A stretch of DNA of 64,000 nt. Origin: Patescibacteria group bacterium. GTDB lineage: Bacteria > Patescibacteriota > Microgenomatia > Daviesbacterales > UBA10151. Below, one piece after another: positions 28,710-38,311 of the stretch (position 1 is its first letter; every line of letters begins with the position of its first letter). Where the stretch lies: the NCBI GenBank assembly GCA_943356485.1, contig CALRFD010000006.1:7450-71449 (forward strand). The letters run 5' to 3'. The position numbers and the translations under genes were made by a program. The notes under the pieces are model-generated. The model ran no database searches. It saw only the letters and a list, made by a program, of their open reading frames with translations, and was not told the origin of the DNA.

Positions 28710-30265
28710 CCAAACATTATCCAGTATCTATCAGTTTGCATGAATCTTGCTAGCGGAGTTAAGTTGTTTAGATTTATACCAATTATTTTTGCAAGTAATT
28801 CCATGTCTACATTTTTTCTAACGATATCTGCTAAATGGTTATATTCTTCTCCAGCTTTCATATTTTCCTCCAGCGGTAATACTACGCCTTTTTGTCTGGC
28901 TATATTTTCTAAAATGATTCTTCTGGGGCCTTGATTTTGAAGTATGCCATGGTAATAAGTGCCGATAACTGCTTTGTCGACTGATAGGCTAATTGTTTCT
29001 ATAGGAGATCCGTCGATCATTTCCGTTGTGGCCATGTGAATTTCATATCCTGTGATGCTCATGTCTTTTGCCCCCTGTAATAATCCATAATCGCGAGTTA
29101 TTCTGCTCATTGTTTGCTGTGTTATTTTTTCTTTTCCTTTTTCAAATTTTGTGATTACAGGTAAAAGATCTAAGCCTCTTACTTCAGCTTGTCCTGATTC
29201 AACTCCTTCAGGGTCTAAGATAACTTTTCCCAGCATTTGAAACCCTCCGCAAATCCCGATTACTGCTTTGCCATCCAGGGCATGTTTTGTTACTAAATCT
29301 GCCAGTCCCTTTACTCTTAACCAGGTTAAGTCTGATACAGTGCTTTTGCTTCCACCCAATAAAACTAAGTCAGGATTTCCAAATTCTTCCTGTCTATCAA
29401 TAAAACGGACTTGTACCCCCGGGGTTCTAACTAAAGGATCAAACTCGTCAGAATTTTGCAAAGAGGGTGTCCTTAAAACAACTGCATCCAATACAGCATT
29501 TTCTTTAAGTGTATTTTTCCTTGATAATTTATATGTATCTTCATCCGGAATACCATGATCTTCCATAAATGGAATAACACCCAGTATTGGAACTCCTGTA
29601 ACTTCGATTAACTCCTGTAGAACAGATTCCAGATATTTTCTTTCACCTCTAAATTTATTAATAATTAAGCCTTTAATTAACTCTCCAGCTTTTGGATCCT
29701 TTCTTCTGATAATATTCACTGTTCCTTCAAGGGATGCAAAAACTCCTCCGGGATCGATATCTCCTACTAAGATAATTGGAGCTTTTGCATATTTTGCCAT
29801 TCGCACGTTTGCTATATCTGTGTCCATTAAATTTGGTTCAGCAGGGGAACCAGCTCCCTCCATAATAACGACTTCGTATTGGGAAGCAATAATATCAAAG
29901 CTTTCCGTGGCAATAGACCAGAGTCTATCTTTGTAATATTGTTGTTTTAGCTCCTCAGTTGCAACTTTCCCCCGAACAATTAGTTCTCCTCCTACTTTGC
30001 CGTCGGGTTTTACTAAGATTGGTTGCATATCAACTGTTGGCTTAACTCCCGCTGCAATAGCTTGCACAATTTGTCCTCTGCCAATTTCTCCCCCATCTTC
30101 GCTAACTCCTGAATTTAGACCAATATTTTTTGCCTTAAATGGAGCAACAGAAAACCCATCCTGGTATAGAATTCTGCAAAGTCCGGTTGCAACTATACTT
30201 TTCCCTACATTAGAAGCAGTGCCGAGTATCATTATTGATTTGATTTGTTTTCTTTCGGCGTTCAT
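28706..30265 (-). CDS. cobQ: cobyric acid synthase CobQ-like amidotransferase (CobQ/MinD-type ATPase domain + GATase-3 domain)
   Basis: N-terminal [11 protein letters not shown]...PFKAKNIG...DGGEIGRGQ and C-terminal [10 protein letters not shown]...GYEIHMA match CobQ/CbiP. Confidence 0.7.
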   Translation of the reverse strand: MNAERKQIKSIMILGTASNVGKSIVATGLCRILYQDGFSVAPFKAKNIGLNSGVSEDGGEIGRGQIVQAIAAGVKPTVDMQPILVKPDGKVGGELIVRGKVATEELKQQYYKDRLWSIATESFDIIASQYEVVIMEGAGSPAEPNLMDTDIANVRMAKYAKAPIILVGDIDPGGVFASLEGTVNIIRRKDPKAGELIKGLIINKFRGERKYLESVLQELIEVTGVPILGVIPFMEDHGIPDEDTYKLSRKNTLKENAVLDAVVLRTPSLQNSDEFDPLVRTPGVQVRFIDRQEEFGNPDLVLLGGSKSTVSDLTWLRVKGLADLVTKHALDGKAVIGICGGFQMLGKVILDPEGVESGQAEVRGLDLLPVITKFEKGKEKITQQTMSRITRDYGLLQGAKDMSITGYEIHMATTEMIDGSPIETISLSVDKAVIGTYYHGILQNQGPRRIILENIARQKGVVLPLEENMKAGEEYNHLADIVRKNVDMELLAKIIGINLNNLTPLARFMQTDRYWIMFG

Positions 30266-30408
30266 ATATTTATCTTTTCTCCTTCATAAGTTGTAAAGCG
30301 TTTGCCGCATTTTAGACATTCGCGCCTTCTTCTTATAAGATTTTTATTTTTAACTGTTCTGGTGTTAACAGCTTTTGTTTGGTTTACTCCGCAATATGTG
30401 CAACGCAT
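30262..30408 (-). CDS. NrdR-like zinc-ribbon-only mini-protein (48 aa); stop overlaps the cobQ start (ATGA)
   Basis: Hand translation [48 protein letters not shown] resembles the NrdR N-terminal zinc ribbon (MxCPFC...RRRREC..C..RFTTYE) but lacks the ATP-cone. Confidence 0.5.
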   Translation of the reverse strand: MRCTYCGVNQTKAVNTRTVKNKNLIRRRRECLKCGKRFTTYEGEKINI

Positions 30409-30539
30409 AATTTTTATCGAGATGAGGGGAGTAGTATAAAAAACATCTCCTTTGACTCGAAGGATCAGTAAAGCCTTTAAAGTTAGGTCCGACTACAACG
30501 GTTGCGGCACAGTTCTGAGTTTCACAGTATTCAAAACTT

Positions 30540-30620
30540 TAAGAATTAGTTTTATTGAACTAAGGTCTAAGATAGCAGTTATGAAAAATAGGGTCAATAT
30601 ACTGTATGCAGTATACGAGT
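30540..30620 (-). promoter_or_regulatory. putative promoter (TTGACC-17-TATCTT) overlapped by perfect palindrome TATACTGCATACAGTATA
   Basis: The 7-bp-arm palindrome abuts the -35 box upstream of the nrdR-like/cobQ leader, operator-like. Confidence 0.3.
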
Positions 30621-30622
30621 AA

Positions 30623-31558
30623 TCATTTCTGTTTATTTCTGCTTAGAAAAATTACACCAAAAAACATTGGGACAAAGGCAAGCAATTGATATATAGTGGG
30701 AGTTTTTTGTAAAAGTATAAATGCAAAAATTAATGTTATTAAAGGAGCAATGCTGCCAAGGGCAGTTGCTTTCATTACACTGATTCTATGAATTCCCTCT
30801 ACCCAAAGAACTTTTGAAAGACCTAATACAAGTACACCGTTGATTAAGAGAAAAATCAAAGAGGTATTAAAACTGTCATAAGAAAAAGAATTCTGAAATA
30901 GGAATGCAAGAAAGAAAACTACGATAGAACTGAGGAAACTCCTAATAAAAAGAATAGTTTCGCTGCTTACTTTAGATCTTGCTCTTTTTTGATAAAAATT
31001 ACCAAATGGGGCAATAAACGCTCCGGTCAATACTAACAGATCACCAATTTGGAAACTGTGAATACTAGGATAGAAGATGATGACGACACCTATAACTATT
31101 AAAATAGCACCAACAATATGTTCTCTAGGCAGGTCATCTTTTTTCCAAACATGAAAATATAAGTAACTAAAAAATATTTCAGATAATGCAATAATACTGG
31201 CGTTTCCTGGACTGGTGTAACGTAATCCAAAAAAGAACAAAAGATAAAACAGAATACCCAGAATTGTGGTGGCAATAAGTATATCTGCTAAAGCAGAGGT
31301 ATTTCTTAACTCCTGCCATTTATGTTTATAAATAATGATTGAACCAAAGAAGATACAGGAAAATAAAGTACTAAATCCAAGTGAAATAAGAGAGGGTAGC
31401 TTGTTTTGCGACAGAGTTGTCATTATAGGAAATAATCCCCAAAGTATGGCTTCAAAAAAAATAAGAAGTTCCCCAACTCTGTCTTTACCGATTTTCATAT
31501 ATTGAGAGGTATAAGAAACAATGTCGGGGATGGGAGGATTAAACTCCCGACTCCGCAC
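30623..31558 (-). CDS. DMT-superfamily (EamA-like) transporter, 10 TM
   Basis: Two EamA-like repeats. The true start is probably the internal Met at ~31495 (MKIGKDRV...) because the 5' end of the track ORF overlaps a tRNA-like element. Confidence 0.6.
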   Translation of the reverse strand: MRSREFNPPIPDIVSYTSQYMKIGKDRVGELLIFFEAILWGLFPIMTTLSQNKLPSLISLGFSTLFSCIFFGSIIIYKHKWQELRNTSALADILIATTILGILFYLLFFFGLRYTSPGNASIIALSEIFFSYLYFHVWKKDDLPREHIVGAILIVIGVVIIFYPSIHSFQIGDLLVLTGAFIAPFGNFYQKRARSKVSSETILFIRSFLSSIVVFFLAFLFQNSFSYDSFNTSLIFLLINGVLVLGLSKVLWVEGIHRISVMKATALGSIAPLITLIFAFILLQKTPTIYQLLAFVPMFFGVIFLSRNKQK

Positions 31559-31594
31559 CCCCAGCGCGGCGTGTTATCACTATACTAATCCCCG
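31526..31594 (-). tRNA. tRNA-Pro(GGG)-like element with degenerate D-arm and non-canonical T-loop (possible pseudogene/remnant)
   Basis: Minus strand: CGGGGAU-UA-[no D stem]-CCGCG-CUGGGGG-UGCGG-AGUC-GGGAG-UUUAAUC-CUCCC-AUCCCCG. 7-bp acceptor, anticodon GGG with U33/R37; the 3' half resembles bacterial tRNA-Pro. Confidence 0.35.
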
Positions 31595-31722
31595 AAGATT
31601 AATTTTATCAGGTTCAAGGATAATACTCTACTCTGCAAACTATTTATTTATGTATCCATACAGTAGAACAGGATTAATTTTGGGGTATTGACCTTAGGGG
31701 TTTATTTGGGTAAGTTAATAGT

Positions 31723-32790
31723 ATGGCACAAAACAACGATGCTAGAAATGCTGCAGTTTCAGCAGCTATGGCGCAAATTCAAAAAGCTTATGGAAGCGGT
31801 TCTATCATGCGTCTTGGTGAAAGGGTTGAAAAATTCGCAACAGAAGTTATCCCCACAGGATCTATTGCTTTGGATTTGGCACTTGGTGTAGGGGGTTTGC
31901 CAAAGGGTAGAATTATAGAAATCTATGGTCCTGAGGCAGGAGGGAAAACTACTGTTTGTCTGCATGTAATTGCTGAAGCTCAAAAAAAAGGTGGAGTTGC
32001 TGCTTTTATTGATGCAGAACATGCACTGGATCCACAAAGAGCTCAGAAAATTGGTGTTAATTTAGACGAACTGCTAATCTCACAACCAGATACCGGAGAG
32101 CAGGGGTTAGAAATTGCCGAAAGTTTAATCAGATCCGGTGGAATTGATGTGGTAGTCATAGATTCTGTGGCAGCTTTAGTTCCCAGGTCAGAGTTAGAGG
32201 GTGAAATGGGAGACTCTTCAATGGGAGTACAGGCAAGACTCATGTCTCAAGCCTTGAGAAAACTTACTGGTGCAGTTTCTAACACTAATACAATAGTTAT
32301 CTTTACCAATCAATTGAGGCAGAAGATTGGAGTAATGTTTGGAAACCCTGAAACAACCACCGGTGGCTTAGCGCTCAAATTTTACTCCTCTATTAGATTG
32401 GATGTTAGAAAAATTGAAAACATCAAACAAGGTGATATGGTTGTAGGATCAAGGCACCGGGTTAAGGTGGTAAAAAATAAGGTCGCTCCCCCATTCCGGA
32501 TTGCCGAATTTGATATGGATGAAAACGGTATTTCTCATGAAGGAGAGTTGTTGGATGTAGGTATAGAACTAGGGATTCTAACAAAGAGTGGAGCATTTAT
32601 TAAATGGAATGAAAAGATGCTTGGTCAAGGAAGGGTTGCAGCAGCCAGTTATTTGAAAGAAAACAAAAAAGAGGCATTGATTTTAGAAAAAGAGATTAGA
32701 GATGCTTGGGGTAAGCAAAAGGATGGTAAGGAAAAAATTGTAGTAGGTACTGATAATGGTGAAGAAGGTGCTGTTGAAGAAGCGGTATAA
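31723..32790 (+). CDS. recA: recombinase RecA
   Basis: Walker [11 protein letters not shown]1/L2 loops; 355 aa. Confidence 0.96.
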   Translation: MAQNNDARNAAVSAAMAQIQKAYGSGSIMRLGERVEKFATEVIPTGSIALDLALGVGGLPKGRIIEIYGPEAGGKTTVCLHVIAEAQKKGGVAAFIDAEHALDPQRAQKIGVNLDELLISQPDTGEQGLEIAESLIRSGGIDVVVIDSVAALVPRSELEGEMGDSSMGVQARLMSQALRKLTGAVSNTNTIVIFTNQLRQKIGVMFGNPETTTGGLALKFYSSIRLDVRKIENIKQGDMVVGSRHRVKVVKNKVAPPFRIAEFDMDENGISHEGELLDVGIELGILTKSGAFIKWNEKMLGQGRVAAASYLKENKKEALILEKEIRDAWGKQKDGKEKIVVGTDNGEEGAVEEAV

Positions 32791-32807
32791 TAATACCCCA
32801 TACTTTC

Positions 32808-33467
32808 ATGCCAAAGATTTCTTCTGTTGAATCACAAAAGAACCCGCATAGATTTAATATTTTTCTAGATGGTGTTTTTGTTTTTGGGGCAGATGAGGAT
32901 TTGGTGGTTGATCAACGTTTAGTCATCGGGAAAGAGATTGCGCCAGGCGATTTAGAAAAACTGCTCTTTGAATCTGCGGTGGGAAAATTAATGGAACGTA
33001 TGTATACGCTCTTTAATATTCGACAGAGATCCGAAAAAGAAATTAGGGATTATTTAAAGAATTTATCTTTTAAAAGAAAAGTTAAAGACCAGGATGAACT
33101 TTCAGAGGCAGCAGTGGAATTATTAATCATTAAGCTTAAGCAAAAAGGATTGTTAAATGATGGCGAATTTGCCAAATCCTGGGCGGCGGCCAGAAGAAGA
33201 AGTAAACAAAAAGGGAAGAGACTACTGCAGTATGAATTAGCTCAGAAAGGTATAGCCAAAAATATTATTGACCAGGTACTGGAAAAAGGGTCAGAAGACT
33301 ATAGTGAAGAAGGTCTGGCAACGGTGGCACTGCAGAAAAAGCTGAAACTTTGGCAAAAATTACCTGAACTCGAATTTAAAAAAAAGACTTATCAGTTTTT
33401 AGGAAGAAAAGGTTTTGATTTTGAAACAATCTCGGCTGTAATTGAAAAATTCTTGGAAAAAGAGTAA
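32808..33467 (+). CDS. recX: regulatory protein RecX
   Basis: Position directly after recA; helical repeats with ...RSEKEIRDYLKNLSF.... Confidence 0.6.
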   Translation: MPKISSVESQKNPHRFNIFLDGVFVFGADEDLVVDQRLVIGKEIAPGDLEKLLFESAVGKLMERMYTLFNIRQRSEKEIRDYLKNLSFKRKVKDQDELSEAAVELLIIKLKQKGLLNDGEFAKSWAAARRRSKQKGKRLLQYELAQKGIAKNIIDQVLEKGSEDYSEEGLATVALQKKLKLWQKLPELEFKKKTYQFLGRKGFDFETISAVIEKFLEKE

Positions 33468-33581
33468 AATTAAAAAGTAGTCAGAAGATTTAAGGATAAA
33501 TCTATGAAGATTAAAAATCTTACATTTTCAAATCCTCAAAGCCGAATTTAATTTGGTTTATTTTTTTGACTCATTTAAAAA

Positions 33582-34289
33582 ATGCAACATTCATTTAGTC
33601 CTAAAAATTTTAGCTCACAGCAGTCACCTACAACTAATGATGAACCTGTGACTATTTCATCCGGAGGAGACCTGCCCGCTAGTGCTTCGCAACAAGCGAT
33701 GCAAGCGGGTTTAGCCAAAAGAGAAGGAATTTTAGAAGAAAGAGAAAGACAAATTGCTGAGAAACAAAGGTTAGTCGAAGAAAAGCTCGAAAGTTTAGAA
33801 AAACTTCGAAGAGACCTGGTAGAAAAATTAGAAAAAGTATCGAAATTTTCGGCGGAGGATGCTAAAAAGATTCTTTTAGAAAATCTGGACAAAGATTTAA
33901 GCGCAGAAATCTCCAAAAAGGTTAGAGAGGCAGAAAATGAAATAAAGTTGCAGGCTGATGATAAAGCAAAGAATATTTTAGCCGATGCAATAATACATGG
34001 AGTTACTGATTATGTTTCTGAATTCACGACTTCAAAAGTTAGACTTCCGGATGAGGATATGAAGGGTAAGATAATTGGAAAAGAAGGTAGAAATGTTCGT
34101 ACTTTTGAACAAGTTACGGGAGTTGACGTGGTAATGGATGATGAGATTCCGGATACTTTAATCCTATCCTCATTTGATCCTATTAGGAGGGAGATTGCTA
34201 AAGTCTCCCTAGAGAGATTAATTGAGGATGGCAGGATTCAACCGCAAAGAATAGAGGAAATCGTTGCAAAAACGCAAAACAGATATTAA
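33582..34289 (+). CDS. rny: ribonuclease Y, N-terminal part (coiled-coil + KH domain); broken from the HD part by a frameshift
   Basis: ...[70 protein letters not shown] matches the RNase Y KH region. Confidence 0.8.
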   Translation: MQHSFSPKNFSSQQSPTTNDEPVTISSGGDLPASASQQAMQAGLAKREGILEERERQIAEKQRLVEEKLESLEKLRRDLVEKLEKVSKFSAEDAKKILLENLDKDLSAEISKKVREAENEIKLQADDKAKNILADAIIHGVTDYVSEFTTSKVRLPDEDMKGKIIGKEGRNVRTFEQVTGVDVVMDDEIPDTLILSSFDPIRREIAKVSLERLIEDGRIQPQRIEEIVAKTQNRY

Positions 34290-34971
34290 TAAGATAATGC
34301 GTTATGCAGTTGAAAAATTATGTCACGATGTGGGAGTATATAATTTACCGGTGGAATTGATTGATCAGTTAGGTCGTTTTAAATACAGATATTCATATGG
34401 ACAAAACTTAATATTGCATACTCAGGAAGAAACGCAGATAGGTGTAGCTTTGGCTCATATGCTTGGGGCAAACGTGAATACTGTCAGACTCGGTTGTTTG
34501 TTTCATGATATCGGTAAAATAGTGGCTGATGAAGAAGGCTCACACGTTGATAAAGGTGTGGCTTTAGCAAAGAAGTTTGGTTTACCGGAAGAAGTTATTA
34601 ACTGCATTGCCGAACATCATGAAGATAAGCCCTTTTCTTCGGTTGAATCAATTATCGTTTGTATTGCTGATTCAATCTCTGGCGGAAGACCAGGGGCAAG
34701 ACATGAAAACGTCCAGGATTATATAAAAAGGTTGTCAGATATTGAAAAGATCGGGATGTCTTTTGAAGGTGTAGAAAAATGTTTCGCTGTACAAGCCGGA
34801 AGAGAGGTTAGAGTTATTGTTACCCCTGAGAAAGTATCCGATGATGAACTGCCTAAATTAACCCATGATATTGCAGATCGAATTTCTAAAGAAGTTATGG
34901 TTCCCGGGACTGTTAGAATTACTGCTATTAGAGAAACAAGAGTCAGTGAAAGTACGAACTCTGTTCAGTAG
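34264..34971 (+). CDS. rny: ribonuclease Y, C-terminal part (HD domain) in +1 frame
   Basis: ...[21 protein letters not shown]...LFHDIGK...AEHHED... matches the RNase Y HD domain; the frame opens at 34255. Confidence 0.8.
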   Translation: MQKRKTDINKIMRYAVEKLCHDVGVYNLPVELIDQLGRFKYRYSYGQNLILHTQEETQIGVALAHMLGANVNTVRLGCLFHDIGKIVADEEGSHVDKGVALAKKFGLPEEVINCIAEHHEDKPFSSVESIIVCIADSISGGRPGARHENVQDYIKRLSDIEKIGMSFEGVEKCFAVQAGREVRVIVTPEKVSDDELPKLTHDIADRISKEVMVPGTVRITAIRETRVSESTNSVQ

Positions 34972-35073
34972 CGAGAATTGTTCCCTGAAAGATTAACGAA
35001 TTTTTGTCGATATTTAACATTTAGGTCTTTACAATAGATGGGACATTTGGTAATTTATCAGCACAATACTTTT

Positions 35074-35346
35074 ATGACTAAAAATGAATTAATTGAAAAA
35101 GTCGCCAAGAAATCTAATTTAACAAAAAGAGCAGCGGTTGATAGCGTAAATACAACCTTTAACTTAATTAGAGATGGTTTAATCAGAGGCGAGAAAGTTG
35201 TGATTACCGGATTTGGTACTTTTCTCATTAGATCCAGAGCAGCTAGACGAGGCAGAAATCCGCAAACAGGAGAAACGATTCAAATCCCAAGTAAAAAAAC
35301 TCCTGGTTTCGCCGCAGGTAAAACTTTAAAAAGACTTATTAAATAA
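35074..35346 (+). CDS. hup: DNA-binding protein HU
   Basis: MTKNELIEKVAKKSNLTKRAAVDSV...GFGTFLIRSRAARRGRNPQTGETIQIP typical HU/IHF; the track ORF 35038 has a 12-aa N-terminal overcall. Confidence 0.88.
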   Translation: MTKNELIEKVAKKSNLTKRAAVDSVNTTFNLIRDGLIRGEKVVITGFGTFLIRSRAARRGRNPQTGETIQIPSKKTPGFAAGKTLKRLIK

Positions 35347-35402
35347 TTACAATACCCAGAAGTCCCCTTACAATATCCTTTTAAATATTCTAAAATGACC
35401 TC

Positions 35403-36386
35403 ATGTCAGATTCAATTATTCAAGTTAAGGGTTTAAAGAAGTACTACTCCCTCCAGCAAAAAGAACCCGGGCTGTTGTCTTCCATAAAATCGGTATTTAA
35501 TAGAAAGTATAAAGATATTAAAGCTGTAGATGGAATTTCTCTTGAGATAAAGACAGGAGAGTTGGTTGGATTTATCGGGCCAAACGGAGCAGGCAAAACA
35601 ACTACCTTAAAACTTTTATCCGGTCTTTTGTATCCAACTTCAGGAAACATAAGGGTTTTAGGAAAGGAACCTTTTAAAAGACAAAAGGAATTTCAAATGA
35701 ATATTTCTCTAATAATGGGACAAAAGAATCAACTTTGGTGGGATTTGCCTGCTTGGGATAGTTTTGTATTAAATAGAGAGATATACGAAATAGACGAGGA
35801 AACCTTTAATAGAAATATTAAAAAACTCTCCAAAATGTTGGATGCAGAAGATATATTAAAAGCCCCAGTTAGAAAATTGTCGCTAGGACAAAGGATGAAG
35901 TGTGAGCTAATCGCAGCGCTTTTGCATAACCCGAAAGTATTATTTTTAGACGAACCTACCATAGGATTAGATGTTATAGCACAACAAAATATGAGGGAGT
36001 TTATAAAATCTTATAACGAGGAATTTAATGCGACTATTATTTTAACTTCTCACTATATGGGAGATGTTAAAGAGCTTTGTAAAAGAGTCATCATTATTAA
36101 TGAAGGAAAAATTATTTTTGATGGGCTTCTGGAAAATATAGTTAATAAGTTTGCTCCGTTTAAATTGATAAAAGTAGATTTTGAAAAGGAAGTTAGTTTA
36201 GAAAGATTGGGGGAAATAGGTATTGTAGAGGATTATAATAAGGTTCATGCAACAATACAGGTTAAAAAAAGTGAAGTAGCGTCTAAAGCCAGTAAATTGT
36301 TATCTGATTTTGATGTTTTAGACTTAACGATAGAGGATCCGGCAATTGAAGGAATAATTCGAACGATATTTGCCCAGAATGTGTAA
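35403..36386 (+). CDS. ABC transporter ATP-binding protein
   Basis: Walker A GPNGAGKTTTLKLLSG, signature LSLGQRMK, Walker B LFLDEPT. Confidence 0.9.
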   Translation: MSDSIIQVKGLKKYYSLQQKEPGLLSSIKSVFNRKYKDIKAVDGISLEIKTGELVGFIGPNGAGKTTTLKLLSGLLYPTSGNIRVLGKEPFKRQKEFQMNISLIMGQKNQLWWDLPAWDSFVLNREIYEIDEETFNRNIKKLSKMLDAEDILKAPVRKLSLGQRMKCELIAALLHNPKVLFLDEPTIGLDVIAQQNMREFIKSYNEEFNATIILTSHYMGDVKELCKRVIIINEGKIIFDGLLENIVNKFAPFKLIKVDFEKEVSLERLGEIGIVEDYNKVHATIQVKKSEVASKASKLLSDFDVLDLTIEDPAIEGIIRTIFAQNV

Positions 36387-36441
36387 AACTGGTTTCGTTT
36401 TTTTGACATTTGAGTTTTAAATTTGTTACGCTATTTCTTAA

Positions 36442-36726
36442 GTGTCAAAACCAATAAAAGATAATGATATAAATATACCAGGAGATATACTAAAAGATTT
36501 ACTGACTCAATCAGAAATTAGGATGTTAAAAAACAGGTGGCATATTATTAAACTTCTGGACGAAGGCCTATCTATTAGGGCAGTAGCTGCGCAATTGAAG
36601 GTGGGAACAGATACGGTAGTTAGGACTATTAGAATGATCGAAAAAAGTAATATTTTATCTAAATTTGTTAAAAAGGAAGTAAAAGTAAATCCATCGACAC
36701 CTTGGGTATTTGGTAAATCAGAATGA
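36442..36726 (+). CDS. TrpR-like/YerC-YecD family HTH protein
   Basis: LTQSEIRMLKNRWHIIKLLDEGLSIRAVAAQLKVGTDTV typical of the YerC/YecD Trp-repressor-like family. Confidence 0.6.
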   Translation: MSKPIKDNDINIPGDILKDLLTQSEIRMLKNRWHIIKLLDEGLSIRAVAAQLKVGTDTVVRTIRMIEKSNILSKFVKKEVKVNPSTPWVFGKSE

Positions 36727-36732
36727 ATTTTA

Positions 36733-37527
36733 ATGAGTAAATATTGGGAGATTTTTAAAGTTTCTTGGCAACAAAACTTAATATACAGATTTAATTTTTT
36801 TCTTTGGCGGGTCAGGAATGTAATGCAGCTCTTGTTGGTTTATTTTATCTGGTGGACAGTTTTTCAATCACAAAATTCGATCTTTGGTTATACCACCTCT
36901 ATGTTATTTACATATATTCTAGTCGCGGCATTAATCAGAGCAATTGTATTGTCAACAAGAGTAACAGATATGATGAATCAAATAAACGATGGAAGCATAG
37001 TTAATTTTTTAGTTAAGCCTTTAGGGTTTGTCAGATATTATCTTGCAAGGGATGCTGCAGATAAACTTTTTAACATTTCATTCTATATTGTAGAAGTAAC
37101 TCTCTTAGTTTTAATCTTAAAACCAAGAATATTTATTCAAACAAACGCCTTAGTTATCATACCTTTTTTTACGGCTATAATAGGTGGGTTAATAATCTAT
37201 TTTTGTATAAATTTTATTATTAGCTTAACTTCTTTTTGGGTTGAGAGTTCCTGGGGGCCGCTATTTTTAATGTCTGTATTTTTGGAAGGACTAGGTGGAG
37301 GGATGTTTCCGATAGATATTTTACCAAAGCATATTTTTAATATTCTAATATTAACCCCGTTCCCCTACCTTATTTATTTCCCGTCTAAAATATACTTAGG
37401 AACCTTAGGTAATTATGAGATGGTGCAAGGCTTTAGTATAATATTTATTTGGGTAGTAGTTTTACTTTTTTTAATGCGAATGGTTTTAAAAATGGGCTTT
37501 CGCCATTATAGTTCAGGGGGAAACTAA
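36733..37527 (+). CDS. ABC-2 family transporter permease
   Basis: 6-TM membrane protein following the ABC ATPase. Confidence 0.7.
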   Translation: MSKYWEIFKVSWQQNLIYRFNFFLWRVRNVMQLLLVYFIWWTVFQSQNSIFGYTTSMLFTYILVAALIRAIVLSTRVTDMMNQINDGSIVNFLVKPLGFVRYYLARDAADKLFNISFYIVEVTLLVLILKPRIFIQTNALVIIPFFTAIIGGLIIYFCINFIISLTSFWVESSWGPLFLMSVFLEGLGGGMFPIDILPKHIFNILILTPFPYLIYFPSKIYLGTLGNYEMVQGFSIIFIWVVVLLFLMRMVLKMGFRHYSSGGN

Positions 37528-37546
37528 TATAAAAAAATATATAAGG

Positions 37547-38311
37547 GTGTGGTGGTTATTTACAATCAACTCGTTTAGAATTCAATTAAATTTTAGATGG
37601 GGCTTATTCTTATTTCTGTTTGCGAAAATTCTAAGGTTCACAACTTTCAGTTTCTTTTTGATAATTTTATTAAATAATACTAAAGTTTTGGCAGGATACA
37701 GTCTAAACCAAACGATTTTATTTTTTCTAACCTTTAATCTTTTGGATATTTGTTCCCAACTATTCTTAAGAGAGGTTTATAGATTTAGACCAGCAGTATT
37801 ATCTGGTGTTTTTGATTTTTACCTGATTAAGCCGCTGAGTCCATTATTTAGAAGTTTATTTACGGGTGCGGATTTATTAGATTTAATAACTCTGTTTCCG
37901 CTTATTTATGCAATTATATTTTTTATTATTAAAATGAATTTATTAAACTTATCTAATATATTAATGTATTTATTGATGCTGATCACAGGACTTATAATCG
38001 GTTGTTCTTTTCATATTTTTGTTCTTTGTTTGGGGATCTTAACAACGGAGGTAGATAATGCAATTATGTTATACAGAGATATTATGAATATGGGAAGAAT
38101 GCCAGTAGATATTTATACGGAGCCGATCAGAGGATTAATAACATTTATTATACCTGTTGGGATCATGATGACATTTCCGGCAAAAGCACTTATGGGTATA
38201 CTTAGTCTACAGTTTTTAATCTACGCTATATTTTTTTCCTTACTTTTATTTTATTTATCTATAAAATCATGGCAGTATGCTTTAAAAAACTATTCCTCAG
38301 CAGGCGGCTAA
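37547..38311 (+). CDS. ABC-2 family transporter permease (second subunit)
   Basis: 6-TM membrane protein. Confidence 0.7.
   Translation: MWWLFTINSFRIQLNFRWGLFLFLFAKILRFTTFSFFLIILLNNTKVLAGYSLNQTILFFLTFNLLDICSQLFLREVYRFRPAVLSGVFDFYLIKPLSPLFRSLFTGADLLDLITLFPLIYAIIFFIIKMNLLNLSNILMYLLMLITGLIIGCSFHIFVLCLGILTTEVDNAIMLYRDIMNMGRMPVDIYTEPIRGLITFIIPVGIMMTFPAKALMGILSLQFLIYAIFFSLLLFYLSIKSWQYALKNYSSAGG

Noticed and set aside
30409-30560. Possible cobalamin riboswitch in the leader upstream of the nrdR-like/cobQ pair (minus strand contains GUAGUCGGACCUAAC, loosely B12-box-like).
   Set aside because: The core B12 box (AGYCMGGAAGACCUGCC) and the GCCACUG element are not present. Only ~10/17 positions match, so no riboswitch is called.
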